Assembly: GCF_006345805.1 (NCBI RefSeq)
Contig: NC_043005.1
Span: forward strand, 105,648,001 to 105,712,000
Direction of reading: 5' to 3'
Origin: Octopus sinensis
Lineage: Eukaryota
Length of the DNA stretch: 64,000 bases
In this document: positions 25,708-36,908 of the stretch, piece after piece
Layout of the letters: each line of letters begins with the position of its first letter
How positions within the stretch are numbered: position 1 is the stretch's first letter
The notes under the pieces: model-generated
The model's input: the letters and a program-made list of their open reading frames with translations, nothing else
What the model was told of the DNA's origin: nothing
Database searches by the model: none
Made by a program: the position numbers and the translations under genes

Positions 25708-25745
25708 CAGTTGAAAAGGTCTCAAAATGACCGAAACCGGTACTG
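25708..25745 (+). ncRNA. Minimal hammerhead ribozyme with U3-A8 variant core
   Basis: CAG-TTGAAAA-GGTC-TCAAAAT-GACC-GAA-ACCGGT-A-CTG: all three stems present, GUA site, core UUGAAAA. Confidence 0.75.
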
Positions 25746-25794
25746 AAAGATTCACTATAAAATCATCTTAGCATTTTCTATTTTTGACTTGTTT

Positions 25795-25903
<109 letters not shown>

Positions 25904-26014
25904 AATAGAATAGAATAGAATAGATAGATAGATGCATTCAGTGATGTAGGTATATATGCATATACGTGTGTAATTGAAATGTTTCAAATTTGGGCAGAAT
26001 AATCAGCAATTTTA

Positions 26015-26200
26015 GCAGGGGTGGTAAGCTGATTACATCGATCCCAGTGCTCAACCGATACTTTTATTCAATCGATCGCAGAAAGGATGAAAGGGAAAGC
26101 AAACCGCGATGTAATTTGAAACCTTGAACGTAAAGAGCTGGAAGAATTGCCGCTAAGCATTCTGTCCAACGCCCTAACGCTTCTGCCAGGTCACCGCCTT
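26015..26200 (-). mobile_element. Diverged SINE family A variant
   Basis: Revcomp of head (CTGGCAGAAGCGTTAG), B box (GGTTCAAATTAC) and central domain. Confidence 0.75.
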
Positions 26201-26609
26201 GGGTGTGTTGCGTGACAGGTAATGCTGTTATACAGTTTAAAAAGAGGAGTAAAATTAATTGATCTACCTGAAGTAGATAGTGAAACACATATAGTGAAGG
26301 GGAAAAAGAGAGATAAAGGAAGAAAGAAAGGAGGATTCAATTTACAATTCTATTCTCTTCCCCAGGAGCGTATTTTAACAAACAAAGAGCGCATTTTAGT
26401 ATCTTCCATGTAGAGTCCTTTAATACTTCATGTCCCCTACATTTGCCATTGTAGATACCCGTTATTTCAGTTTCCGCTGTTCGGCCTTCCCCTACCCTTG
26501 TGCTTGCTCCACCCATTCGTGATACCTCTCCCTCTCTCTCTCCCCCACCCTACACTGTCGACTGCGTATCTTTTGTAAATCTGAGTCATCTACCACCTTA
26601 TACACACCT

Positions 26610-26756
26610 GCTCACACCACCACCACCACCGCCATCACTATCCCCGCCATCACTATCCCCGCCATCACTATCCCCGCCACGACTACTACTACTACCACCA
26701 CCACCACCACCACCACCACCGCCATCACTATCACCGCCATCACTATCACCGCCACG

Positions 26757-26794
<38 letters not shown>

Positions 26795-26842
26795 CACACC
26801 ACCACCACCACCACCACCACCGCCATCACTATCACCGCCACG

Positions 26843-26877
<35 letters not shown>

Positions 26878-26908
26878 CACCACCACCGCCATCACTATCA
26901 CCGCCACG

Positions 26909-26940
<32 letters not shown>

Positions 26941-26944
26941 CACC

Positions 26945-26983
<39 letters not shown>

Positions 26984-27643
26984 GTTGCCACGCCCCACCT
27001 CCACTATCACCGCTGCCACCTCCCCTACTCCACCACTACCAGCATATCATATTGCCGCCACTCCCCTCCACTTCCATACTCCATCTGCTCCCCCTCCCCT
27101 CCCCCCTCTCTTCCAGTGTTCTTGGATGATCCCTTCTACTCACCTGTCTCGAACGTGTGTGTGTGAGAGAGAGAGAGAAAGAGACCATAACGTAACAGGT
27201 ATCTTGTATCTCTTTCTTCCTTCCTCCAGGATGGGGAGTCTGCGAGAAGGCTGGGTGGGGGGTCGTTTCATAAACTATCCCAACTACTAACCCTTAACCA
27301 CGGAGCCGAATTGCTGTTGGATGCTTGCAGGATGGCTGGGCGTGCGGTTGATGATAGAGTAGTAGTAGTAGTAGTAGCAGCAGCAGCAGCAGCAGTAGTA
27401 TTAATATTTGTAGTAGTAGTAGTATTAATAGTTGTAGTAGTAGTAATAGTTGTAGTAGTAGTAGTAGTAGTAGGAGCAGCAGCAGCGGCAGTGGGTGTAG
27501 TAGTTTTAGTAGTAGTAGTAGTAGTTGCAGCAGTAGTAGTAATAGTTGTAGTAGTAGTAGTAGTAATAGTTGTAGTAGTAGTAGTAGTAGTAGTAGCAGC
27601 AGCAGTAGTAGTAATAGTTGTAGTAGTAGTAGTAGTAATAATT

Positions 27644-27677
<34 letters not shown>

Positions 27678-28230
27678 CAGCAGCGGCAGTGGGTGTAGTA
27701 GTTTTAGTAGTAGTAGTAGTAGTAGCAACAGTAACAGCTACAGCAGTAGTAGTAGTCGTAAGTGGCATCAGTGGCGTCGGTGATGATGTCGTTGGCGGCG
27801 CCTGCGGTGGTCGGTGGTGGACGGTGATAACAATGGCCGGTAGTGGTAATGGTGGTGGTGGACGCTGATGGTTATGATTATGTGATGGTCGTAACCTGAT
27901 ACTGTTGAATAATGATAGTAGTCATGGCGGGTAACGGTGGTGACGGTGGTGGTGGTGGTGGTGGTGGTGGTGGTGGTGGTGGTGTCGTTGGTGGTGGTGG
28001 CGATGGTGGTGGTGGTGGTGGTGTCGCTGGTGGTGTCGGTGGTGGTGGTGGTGGTACCGGTGGTGACGGTGGTGGTGGTGGTGTCGGTGGTGGTGGGGGT
28101 GGGGGTGTCAGTGGTGGTGGTGGTGGTGTAGGTGGTGGTAGTGTCGGTGGTGGTGGTGGTGGTGTCGGTGGTGGCGGCGGCGGTGGCAGTGGTGGTGGTG
28201 GTGACGGTGGTGGTGGTGGTGGTGTCTATA
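26610..28230. repeat. Compound (CAC)n/(TAC)n/(GTA)n/(GGT)n arrays with duplicated higher-order units
   Basis: Direct reading; e.g. CACCACCGCCATCACTATCACCGCCACGACTACTAC recurs three to four times. Confidence 0.9.
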
Positions 28231-28939
28231 AAAATCAATAACAACGCAGTAACTAACCGACCGCGACTTTTGTTTCCCCCTCACCTTCCAAGCACTTCCC
28301 CAATATATTTGCCGACACCTTACCGTATACCTGTTCATCATACAATTCTTACTTATCTACCCCGTTCCCCACCCGACAGCACTACATCTTGATGTCACCA
28401 ATTGTTGGATGTAAACAGTTTACAGTAACAACAGAAGTTAGTTGCCGGGTGGAGATGATGAGATGGATACTATGTTAGTATATCGCTGTTGCTGTACTAA
28501 ACTACAATGTTCTATGTTACAAACTACTGAATCATATACACGACATCGTACCTTTCCAGGCGTGATCACCCCTTCGGATGCGGTACTACAAGCTCTGTTA
28601 TCATACGACACCACGTTTTCCAGTATTGAAAATAAGAATAGGAGTGTAGAAATACTACATTACCCCATTCCAAACTGCTATGCTACTACTACACTCAACA
28701 ACACACCATACTATTTCTATCAACAGTGTAATACTACTAATGTTCTTTCGATACACCATACTATTCCTATCAAGTCTGTAACTCTATTATTGCACTTAAG
28801 ATACACCATAATATTTTAATCTTGACTACTGCACTTACGATACACCATACTATTTCACTCTAGCATTGTTTCACTTAAGATACATCATTCTATTCCAGTT
28901 TCAATTGTAACCGTACTATTACACCCTCACTGCTTCACA

Positions 28940-29170
28940 AATACTATTTCTTTACTGCCCACGAGGGGCTACACACAGAGGGGACAAACAAGGACAGACA
29001 AACGGATTAAGTCGATCATATCGACTCCAGTGCATAACTGGTACTTATTTAATCGACCCCGAAAGGATGAAAGGCAAAGTTGACCTCGGCGGAATTTGAA
29101 CTCAGAACGTAGCGGCGGACGAAATGCCGCTAAGCATTTCGCCCGGTGTGCTAACGTTTCTGCCAGCTCG
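28940..29170 (-). mobile_element. Full-length SINE family A
   Basis: Revcomp of the complete head-to-tail consensus seen at 38148 and 57811. Confidence 0.9.
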
Positions 29171-29177
29171 CCAAATA

Positions 29178-30312
29178 CCGTATTTACTCGAATAATAGTC
29201 GATCTCAAGTAAAAGTCGACTCCCTATTTTGGGCCAAAATCTGGGAATTTTCCATAGACCCTGTATAAAAGACGACCCTAGTATTTCACGAACAACAGGA
29301 CAACACTTGTGGACCAAGGTACCGTATTCGCCTGTACGTAGAAATAACACTGTTACAAGATTCTGTGGCTACCTTACTGTAGCCAGCTCTATAGGTGGAA
29401 TGCTTGGCGCGTATAATGGAATGCTCAATACATTTAGTAAAACCCTATTTAATAGCAAGTGCTACACATCCGTTGATGGGTGCTACATCACCATTGCTAA
29501 AATCTATGCACAGGTATGCTGTAAGCCTGCATATATCTTCAAGCACTATAAACACATGCGTCATACACTCGTTGTTTACATGGTGAGTGGGAAACGTGTT
29601 TCACAGATAGCACTACTGACAAACACTGGCAAACGCCACTGTCTGAATTCATACAAAGACATGACTTTGATAAACCTAAAAATATTCAATTAATCGCTAG
29701 ATCATTGGTTCCCATGCCACCTTTATATTTTCCTCATCTCCAAATACAATAACCACATGCGTCATACTCTTGTCTGTTTCACAGACAGCCCATCGGCGAA
29801 CACAGCAGAACAGCACTGTATGAATTCGTACAGAGGCATGACTTCGGTAATAAAAACCATTTAGTTAATCGCTAGATCAGTGGTTCCCAAACGTGTTTTG
29901 CCACGGAATCCTTCGACATTATTTTCAAAATCGTGGAACCCCTGATAACTTTCAGGGAACCCTGGTGTTTAGCAGAACACACTTTGGGAATCCCTGCTCC
30001 AGATTAACAACTCTACACCACATTATAGAAATTTACTGGTAACTGCACATGAGAGCGACTCGGTCTTGTTTACAGGTTTTGTTATTTACCAGGACGCGTG
30101 TTTTGAAGCATAGAATTGGTAATATTACTGTAATTCGTTGTGTTTTTGTTTTTATTCGCTTTCAGATCAGTTTGGGCCTCTGCTGCTGAGACGGTGCTTC
30201 GGATTCTAGCTTGAATTTCAACCTCTCAAAACTAATATCCATGTAATCGGCCCCATAAATTAGACCTCATAAAAAGGTCAAAAAAATTCGACTTTTACAC
30301 GAGTATATACGA
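29178..30312. mobile_element. Non-autonomous Tc2/pogo-like DNA transposon
   Basis: TA|CCGTATTTACTCGAATAATAGTCGA at left and TCGACTTTTACACGAGTATATACGA|TA at right: imperfect TIRs with TA TSD. Confidence 0.75.
29878..29996. mobile_element. hAT (Charlie/MER5-like) MITE nested in the Tc2-like element
   Basis: TIRs CAGTGGTTCCCAAAC and TTTGGGAATCCCTG; flanks CGCTAGAT/CTCCAGAT resemble a decayed 8-bp TSD. Confidence 0.75.
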
Positions 30313-32344
30313 TAATTAAATCCTATAACAGCACTACAGCTGCGCTCATACTGCTCTACATCGTACCAAACCGTACCACAACGCTACAATTACCCTGACC
30401 CAGCAATGCTCCTGTCGACCTAACTCCACTTCTGGAACAGAATATCTGAGGTTCGTGACTTGTTTTACTGACGAACCACATAGAGCTGATATGCGATCAA
30501 ATCTATTTCCTCGGCCGATCAAAGTCTTGTGAGTGGATTTGGTAGACGGAAACTGAAAGAAGCCCGTCGTTTAGGCTTAGCAGCCCTTCCTGTTTATTTT
30601 CGCTGTCCTGTTGTGTTAACAATTTTGACCCTCCGCAAAATCCAAAAGTTTACTTAATTTGCTTTGCGGGAGCAACTATTTTATCGAAAGTGAATATCGT
30701 TGTCATATGCTCGAAATACGAGAGTAGAAAAACAGCCAACAACTGATGAAGGGTCGTTCTTTATATTGCTTGCTTTGTTTTCCATTTGTGTCTTTCGTTG
30801 TTCGAAAAAATAGTTCATATTCCATGTACTCGTACATCATATTTTTTTGTTGTACACGTTACGTGACGTCATGTTCCCACATATACATAAATATATACGT
30901 ATAGATGTAAGTATGTGCATACACATATGTATGTATGCATATGCATATATATATATATATATATATCCATTTGAAACAACTCTTCCATCAATTTCTTTCT
31001 GATACCAAACTTCGTAAACTCCAATCACTCTTCCATTCCACCCTACCCGACGCCACTACCCCAACTCCTCCACCACCCTTCTCCCCTCCCGATAGGCTCC
31101 ATCCACCCACACCTAACCCCACTGCCCCTCCCTACAACCCCTTCTCCCCTCCCGTTAGGCTCCATCCACCTACACCTAACCCTACTGCCCCGCCCAACCA
31201 CCCCACCCCCCTCCCCAATCCCTCCCCCTCAGACCTCCACGAGACCTACCACCCCTCCTACTTCTATTCCACCCACCCCTTCTCCACTTCCGTCTGTTGT
31301 TACCATTCCCCCCGATCTTCCCCTCTCTGCGGCTGAACGCTCCGTCCTTGGTAGGGGTCTGCGTTTCATCCCCCTCACTCCATCCTGTAAGGAATTCCAG
31401 ACGCGAGTTGATGTCCACAGCTTTGTGCGCCGTGTCCGGTTGGGTGCGCATTACCACGACTCGCCACCCACACCCCACGAAGAGGACGACTGCTTCACTG
31501 GCCTGGGCCGCCGACCATCCCCGTGGACGCCTGCCCCTGGCCAGATCCTAGCAGTGGATCTTTTCGCGGGCGCTTGTCAGCGTGCATTGGAGCGGTTCAA
31601 CTTCTCCAGGCGCCAACGCCGCCTCAACATCTCCCCGGCTGAGCTCTTGGCTCTTCATTCCCTCCAACGGCGCGCTGACATTATCATCAAACCGGCTGAC
31701 AAGGGTGGAGCTGTAGTGGTGTGGCGCGCGGACCTCTATAGGGCCGAGGCTTTCCGCCAACTCAATGACACCTCCTTCTATTCCCCTCTGCCCTCTAACC
31801 CCACACGTAGCTACCAACAGACGGTATCCTCTACTGTCCAAGACCTCATCTCGTCCTCCCGTCTCCCCCGCACCGCATCCAACCTAATTGTGCGAACCCC
31901 ACATACCCCCACCATTTACTTCCTCCCCAAAAATCCACAAACCCAACAACCCTGGCCGCCCCATCGTCTCTGCCTGTAACTGCCCCACGGAGCTCATCTC
32001 TAAATACCTCGACCGTGTCCTTGCCCCCCTAGTGGCATCTCTTCCCTCCCACATCCACGATACCAACCATGCTCTCCGGCTTTTCAACTCTTTCTCCTTT
32101 CCTCCCGGCTCCTCCAAAATCCTTTTACTATGGACATCCAAAGCCTCTATACTGTTATCCCTCACCACGAAGGACTGCAGGCCCTTCGACACTTTCTGAC
32201 CTCCGCTCTAACCCTGTACCTGACACACCTCCACACTCATTCGTCTGGCCGAACTTGTCCTTACTCTGAACTGCTTCTCGTTCGCGGGCGAGTTCTACCA
32301 TCAGGTCTCGGGAGTGGCCATGGGAACGCGAATGGGCCCCAACT

Positions 32345-33484
32345 ATGCGAACCTGTTCGTTGGCTATGTTGAGGCCCAAATATTCCTCTAATTTCACTGG
32401 TCCCACTCCTGAACTATATGGTCGTTATATTGACGACATTATCGGTGCCACCTCACTCTCCCGCGAACATCTAGATTCCTTCCTCTCTTTCGTCCAATCT
32501 TTCCATCCAGCCCTCCACTTCACTTCCACTATCTCCAACACCTCTGTCTCCTTCCTCGACATTTCGGTTAGCATTCTTCACTCCACTCTTACCACCTCCA
32601 TTCACTACAAACACACAGACTCACACTCATACCTCAACTTCTCTTCCTCCCACCCAGAACACACCAACCTTTCCATCCCCTATTCCCAATTCCTCCGTCT
32701 ACGTAGGCTCTGTAGTGACGACCATGACTTTGAGACTCAGTCTCAACGTATGGCTCACCACTTCACCCTACGTGGATACCCCCTCACCACTATCCACACC
32801 GCCCTTGCCAGAGCACGGTCCGTGGACCGTGTATCTGCTCTCTCTCCCCGAACCCGCCCTGTAGTCTCCCGCCTCCCTTTTCCCCTCACTTACCACCCCA
32901 CGACCCTACGTCTCCAACGCACCATTCTTCGAGCTTTCCGTCATCTCCAGTCCGACCCGTCCACTTCACACCTCTTCCCTAACCGACCCCTCCCCTCTTT
33001 CAAACGAGCCCACAACCTTCGAGACATTTTGGTCCATAGCTCCTTCCCTGACCCTACTTCCAAACCCGGCTCGTTCCCCTGCTCCCGCCCACGTTGCCGC
33101 ACTTGCCCTTACCTCTCCTACACCACCCGCCTCACTAGCACCCACCATCGACCCTATCCCATCATCCACTCCTTCACCTGCACCTCCAGCAATATTATCT
33201 ATTGCATCTCTTGCTCTCTCTGCAATTCCTTGTACATCGGACAAACGGGACGCCGCTTGGCTGACCGGTTCGCGGAACACCTTCGTGACATCCACCTTGC
33301 GAACGACACACCGGTCTCACGCCATTTCCGCTCCACCGGTCACTCCTTGCAACACCTATCTGTGTTCGGTTTGTCCTTACACAGAGGCCATCCGGATTCC
33401 CGTTTGCGCCGTGAACAGGAATTAATCTTCTCTCTTCGCTCTTATACGCCATTTGGTCTCAACTCTCCCCCCCTCCTCATCTAA
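32345..33484 (+). CDS. PLE RT (YIDD, thumb) + linker + GIY-YIG; upstream RT pieces at 31300-32385 lie in shifted frames
   Basis: 379-aa ORF containing YGRYIDDII, VSFLDISV, IPYSQFLRLRRLCS, YIGQTGRRLADRFAEH, EQELIFSL. Confidence 0.93.
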   Translation: MRTCSLAMLRPKYSSNFTGPTPELYGRYIDDIIGATSLSREHLDSFLSFVQSFHPALHFTSTISNTSVSFLDISVSILHSTLTTSIHYKHTDSHSYLNFSSSHPEHTNLSIPYSQFLRLRRLCSDDHDFETQSQRMAHHFTLRGYPLTTIHTALARARSVDRVSALSPRTRPVVSRLPFPLTYHPTTLRLQRTILRAFRHLQSDPSTSHLFPNRPLPSFKRAHNLRDILVHSSFPDPTSKPGSFPCSRPRCRTCPYLSYTTRLTSTHHRPYPIIHSFTCTSSNIIYCISCSLCNSLYIGQTGRRLADRFAEHLRDIHLANDTPVSRHFRSTGHSLQHLSVFGLSLHRGHPDSRLRREQELIFSLRSYTPFGLNSPPLLI

Positions 33485-34346
33485 CCCCCCCCTCTCCCCC
33501 CTCCTCACCTATCCTTTCTCCCCCCGACCCCTACTTCTTCAGTCCTTCATCCTTTCACCCCTACTCCCCTTCCCTTCTTCCCTCTTTCTCTCTCCCTCTT
33601 CCCCTTCCCTCTGCTCCCTCACTCCCTCTCTCCCCTTCTCTCTCTCCCCCTCCCCTCTTTCCTCCTTCATCCCCCTCCTCACCTTCCTTCTCCCCCATCG
33701 TCTCCTCTTCCCCCTTCTCATCCCCCTCTTCTTCCCCTCCCCTTCTCTCCCCCCTCTTCTCCCCCTCCCCCTCTTCTCCTCACTACACCACATGACTTTA
33801 CACATCACATCACATATGATGTGCCATACTAATACACACACCAACTAATACATACTAATACGTACTAATACATACTAATACATACTAGTACATACTAATA
33901 CTTACACCAACCCTATACATACACACGTCCAGACCCCGCATACGCACTTATACTCTCTCACACACACACACACACACCTATACATACCAATACGTACTAA
34001 TACATACTAATACATACTAATACATACACCAACCCCATACATACGCACGTCCAGACCAATCTTACGCACTAATACTCTCTCATACACACACACACACACA
34101 CACACACACCCTTATACATACTAATACATACACCAACCCTATACATACACACATCCAGACCCCTCCCACGCACTTTTAGCTGGTCCCTCAACCCTTTTAT
34201 CAACCCTATTATCTCCCCTTATTTCGCTCTCGCGTCTCATGTTTGATCTTTGACCTCTGGCCGAAATCAGATCGCCATGTTGATTCGTTAGCTACTGCAC
34301 GCATTTTTTTTCTCTCCTTCTTTCTGTGTTTTTCTCTCTCTGTGTA

Positions 34347-34385
34347 TCTTTCTGTTGAAGAGCGTAGGCTCGAAACGTTAAAGAC
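34347..34385 (+). ncRNA. Minimal hammerhead ribozyme (CUGUUGA core, A6U)
   Basis: TCTTT-CTGTTGA-A-GAGC-GTAG-GCTC-GAA-ACGT-T-AAAGA: perfect stems I and II, palindromic stem III, GUU site. Confidence 0.75.
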
Positions 34386-34589
34386 TTGTTTTATTTATAT
34401 TTCCTGAGCGCCATACTAATACAATTGTTCGTTTGTTTTCCACCTGCCTTCGTCTTTTGTTTATTTTCATAAAGCTTCCCGTTATATATATATATATATA
34501 GTTAATCCAAACAAGAAAACAGAAAAAAAACACAGCAACGCGAGGACGTGGAACAATTAAAGTATTATTTGACGCTCATATATATATAA

Positions 34590-34715
34590 GAATTTTTTGC
34601 TTAATGAGATAAAAAAAAACCCAAAGCTGTGTTGATATTAGAGCATTTATAGATAGAACGTCTTACAGCTGATTACAGGATATTTATTAATTATATCCCT
34701 TTATCGGAGCCGGTG
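34590..34715 (-). mobile_element. Solo pLTR with decayed hammerhead (second copy at 53385-53482)
   Basis: Minus: CCGATAA-AGGGATAT..ATATCCT-GTAA-TCAGCTGT-A-AGAC. The 53.4-kb homolog reads CCCTGA-AGGGATAT..ATATCCT-GGAAA-AAGCTGT-A-AGAC. Confidence 0.65.
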
Positions 34716-34899
34716 TGAGAGGATGGTTAAGTAATAGTTAATTTAGATGTGATACAAAATAAAGAGTGAGGTGGAGGAAAGAAAATAGATGCAAGATATG
34801 TAGGAATATTGAATTTGTAGATTCAATTTTTAAGGCAGAATGGTATATATGTAAGTTTCCAATACCTTATGATTAAAATCCAACTTCATAATACATATA

Positions 34900-35060
34900 T
34901 GCATGCATACATACATACATACATACATACATACATACATACATACATACATACATACATACATACATACATACATACACACATACATACATACACATAC
35001 ATACACACATACATACATACATACATACATACATACATACATACATACATACATACATTC
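34900..35060. repeat. (TACA)n microsatellite
   Basis: Direct reading. Confidence 0.95.
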
Positions 35061-35197
35061 ACAACTACCTAGTCGATGCTGCTTTATATCCAATAGAAAG
35101 AGTCTTGTTTTGCAGGAAACCAGTTTTTTGTCAGTTGGAGAGAAATTTGAAAAAATAAAACTAGAACATCCATCCATCAATCCATCCATCATTTATC

Positions 35198-35234
<37 letters not shown>

Positions 35235-36602
35235 TGACACATGCATAGGTAACCATAAAATAATAACTGATATTGAGTTCATTCACATGTTTCAGTATAA
35301 AGAATACTAACGGGCCATATTCCCCAAAATCTCCCCCAAATGCATGAACAATAAGCTCGATATTGTTGTCTGGGATTAAACCAAAGGTAACGTAGACAGT
35401 TGCCCAACGGATGTGAACATTTCATTGCAAATCAATAAACAAAAACAGCTTCAGTTCTTGTAAACCTGCAATATGCCTTCTCAAATTACAATTGCTAGTT
35501 TACAGGTAAACACTGTTGTACTTGAGTTACCAAATATCAAAGCAATAATATAGAATAAATAATATTAACCATTTAATTAATGCCATTCTTTCCTCACCGC
35601 ATAGATATTTCTCACTGAATTTTCATTGCCCATTACATTAAATGTGAAAGTGTGTATCCTTTAGGTGATTATCGCGGTTCTTGCACAAGGTATTTCATTA
35701 TACCGAGTCGACTGAAATTGAGCATCAGTGATAGAAGGAGGGAATAACCATTAAATGGACTGGTGCCCTGTTCATGGGGAAGGGTAAGTCTCGTAGTTCC
35801 AGTTGCTTCAACGCCACAGAAACCGGGATATGCACGAGCCAAATGGACCAGTAGCCTCCGCTTATAGGCTATATTTTCACACCCACTCATGTACAATAAT
35901 GCATATCTATTTAGTGGTGCACTCAATACTACGTCAGTAAGTACAGCTAAGTCTACAGATCGCTATGAAGGATAAATAACGCCAAAATATTCCATACTTG
36001 ATTAAGCGCTTACTATAATACTGTCAAGTACCATAGTACCTTTTACCCAAAACATAGGAATTTTTACTTGATGCTGACTTCAATAATCTTGACTAGTTGG
36101 GGATTTTTAGCAAAGCAAAAAAAGGTTATTTTGAAGCATTCTGTAAATGCCGTGTGTAAGCAGAACAAAGAAAATTCTAAGAGATTTTTCTAAAATGTAG
36201 CATGAAACTCTAGACTGTTGTTGAAGCCTGTACAATGATGGAGCTTTGTTTCTTTGTTAGCGACCGAAGCTCTTTTTGTACGAAGAATTCAAAGAATTTA
36301 AAACACAGATACTTATATGGAAGCACGTGTACATACGTACGTACCTGCATACATACACACATACACACACACACACATATATAATGTATATGTGTGTATG
36401 TATGCATGTATGTTTGTGTGTGCATATATATAAATCAATATATATGCACAGACATATTTATACATCCACTGCTATACTATTTCTACATTGTCATACATAC
36501 ATGCTTACACATATATGAATAGAATGATAATACATACATACACACACATACATACATACATACATACATACATACATACATACATACACACACATACATA
36601 CA

Positions 36603-36635
<33 letters not shown>

Positions 36636-36908
36636 TCTTATAGACGCATGCATGTTCATACGACCTAGGGAGAATTCCTATACATTGTTGCCCGACCAGC
36701 TACGAATAACACGAAGATCTTAAATCCCACCGCCATCTTTCTATAAATATAGAAGGACAAATTGGATAATATACGATATAAACTGCCTCAAAAGGGAAAG
36801 GTGAAGGTTAGGATGATTTTGAATAAAAAAAACTGATCATTCAGGTTTGACCTAGGGTTAAACAGTAGCAGCATGAACAACAAAATACCTACGTATATAA
36901 ATATGTGT

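Larger units (their letters stand above)
22962..25790 (+). mobile_element. Near-intact, 5'-truncated Neptune-type Penelope-like element
   Basis: Starts SKGLKFTPTP; RT ORF 23013-24509; linker CGRPNCGIC; GIY-YIG ORF 24837-25163; acidic/trinucleotide UTR; terminal HHR; bounded by (TA)n on both sides. Confidence 0.95.
30965..34480 (+). mobile_element. GC/C-rich near-full-length Neptune-type Penelope-like element
   Basis: Pro-rich N-terminus; VVTIPPDLPLSAAERSVLGRGLRF; IIKPADKGGAVVVW; PKIHKPNNPGRPIVS; GVAMGTRMGPNYANLF; GRYIDD; CSRPRCRTC; IIYCISCSLCNSLYIGQTGR; terminal HHR. Confidence 0.95.

Noticed and set aside
28690-28925. CRISPR-like repeat-spacer appearance (also 60365-60500 and 55965-56095)
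   Set aside because: Repeats are degenerate, spacing is irregular or absent, there are no cas genes, and the context is eukaryotic.
30660-30760. Hammerhead around GAGCA..TGCTC-GAAA and the nearby CTGATGA
   Set aside because: The core upstream of the stem is unrecognisable (TTTGCGG), and the CTGATGA at 30743 has no stem II/GAAA partner. At most a very old remnant.
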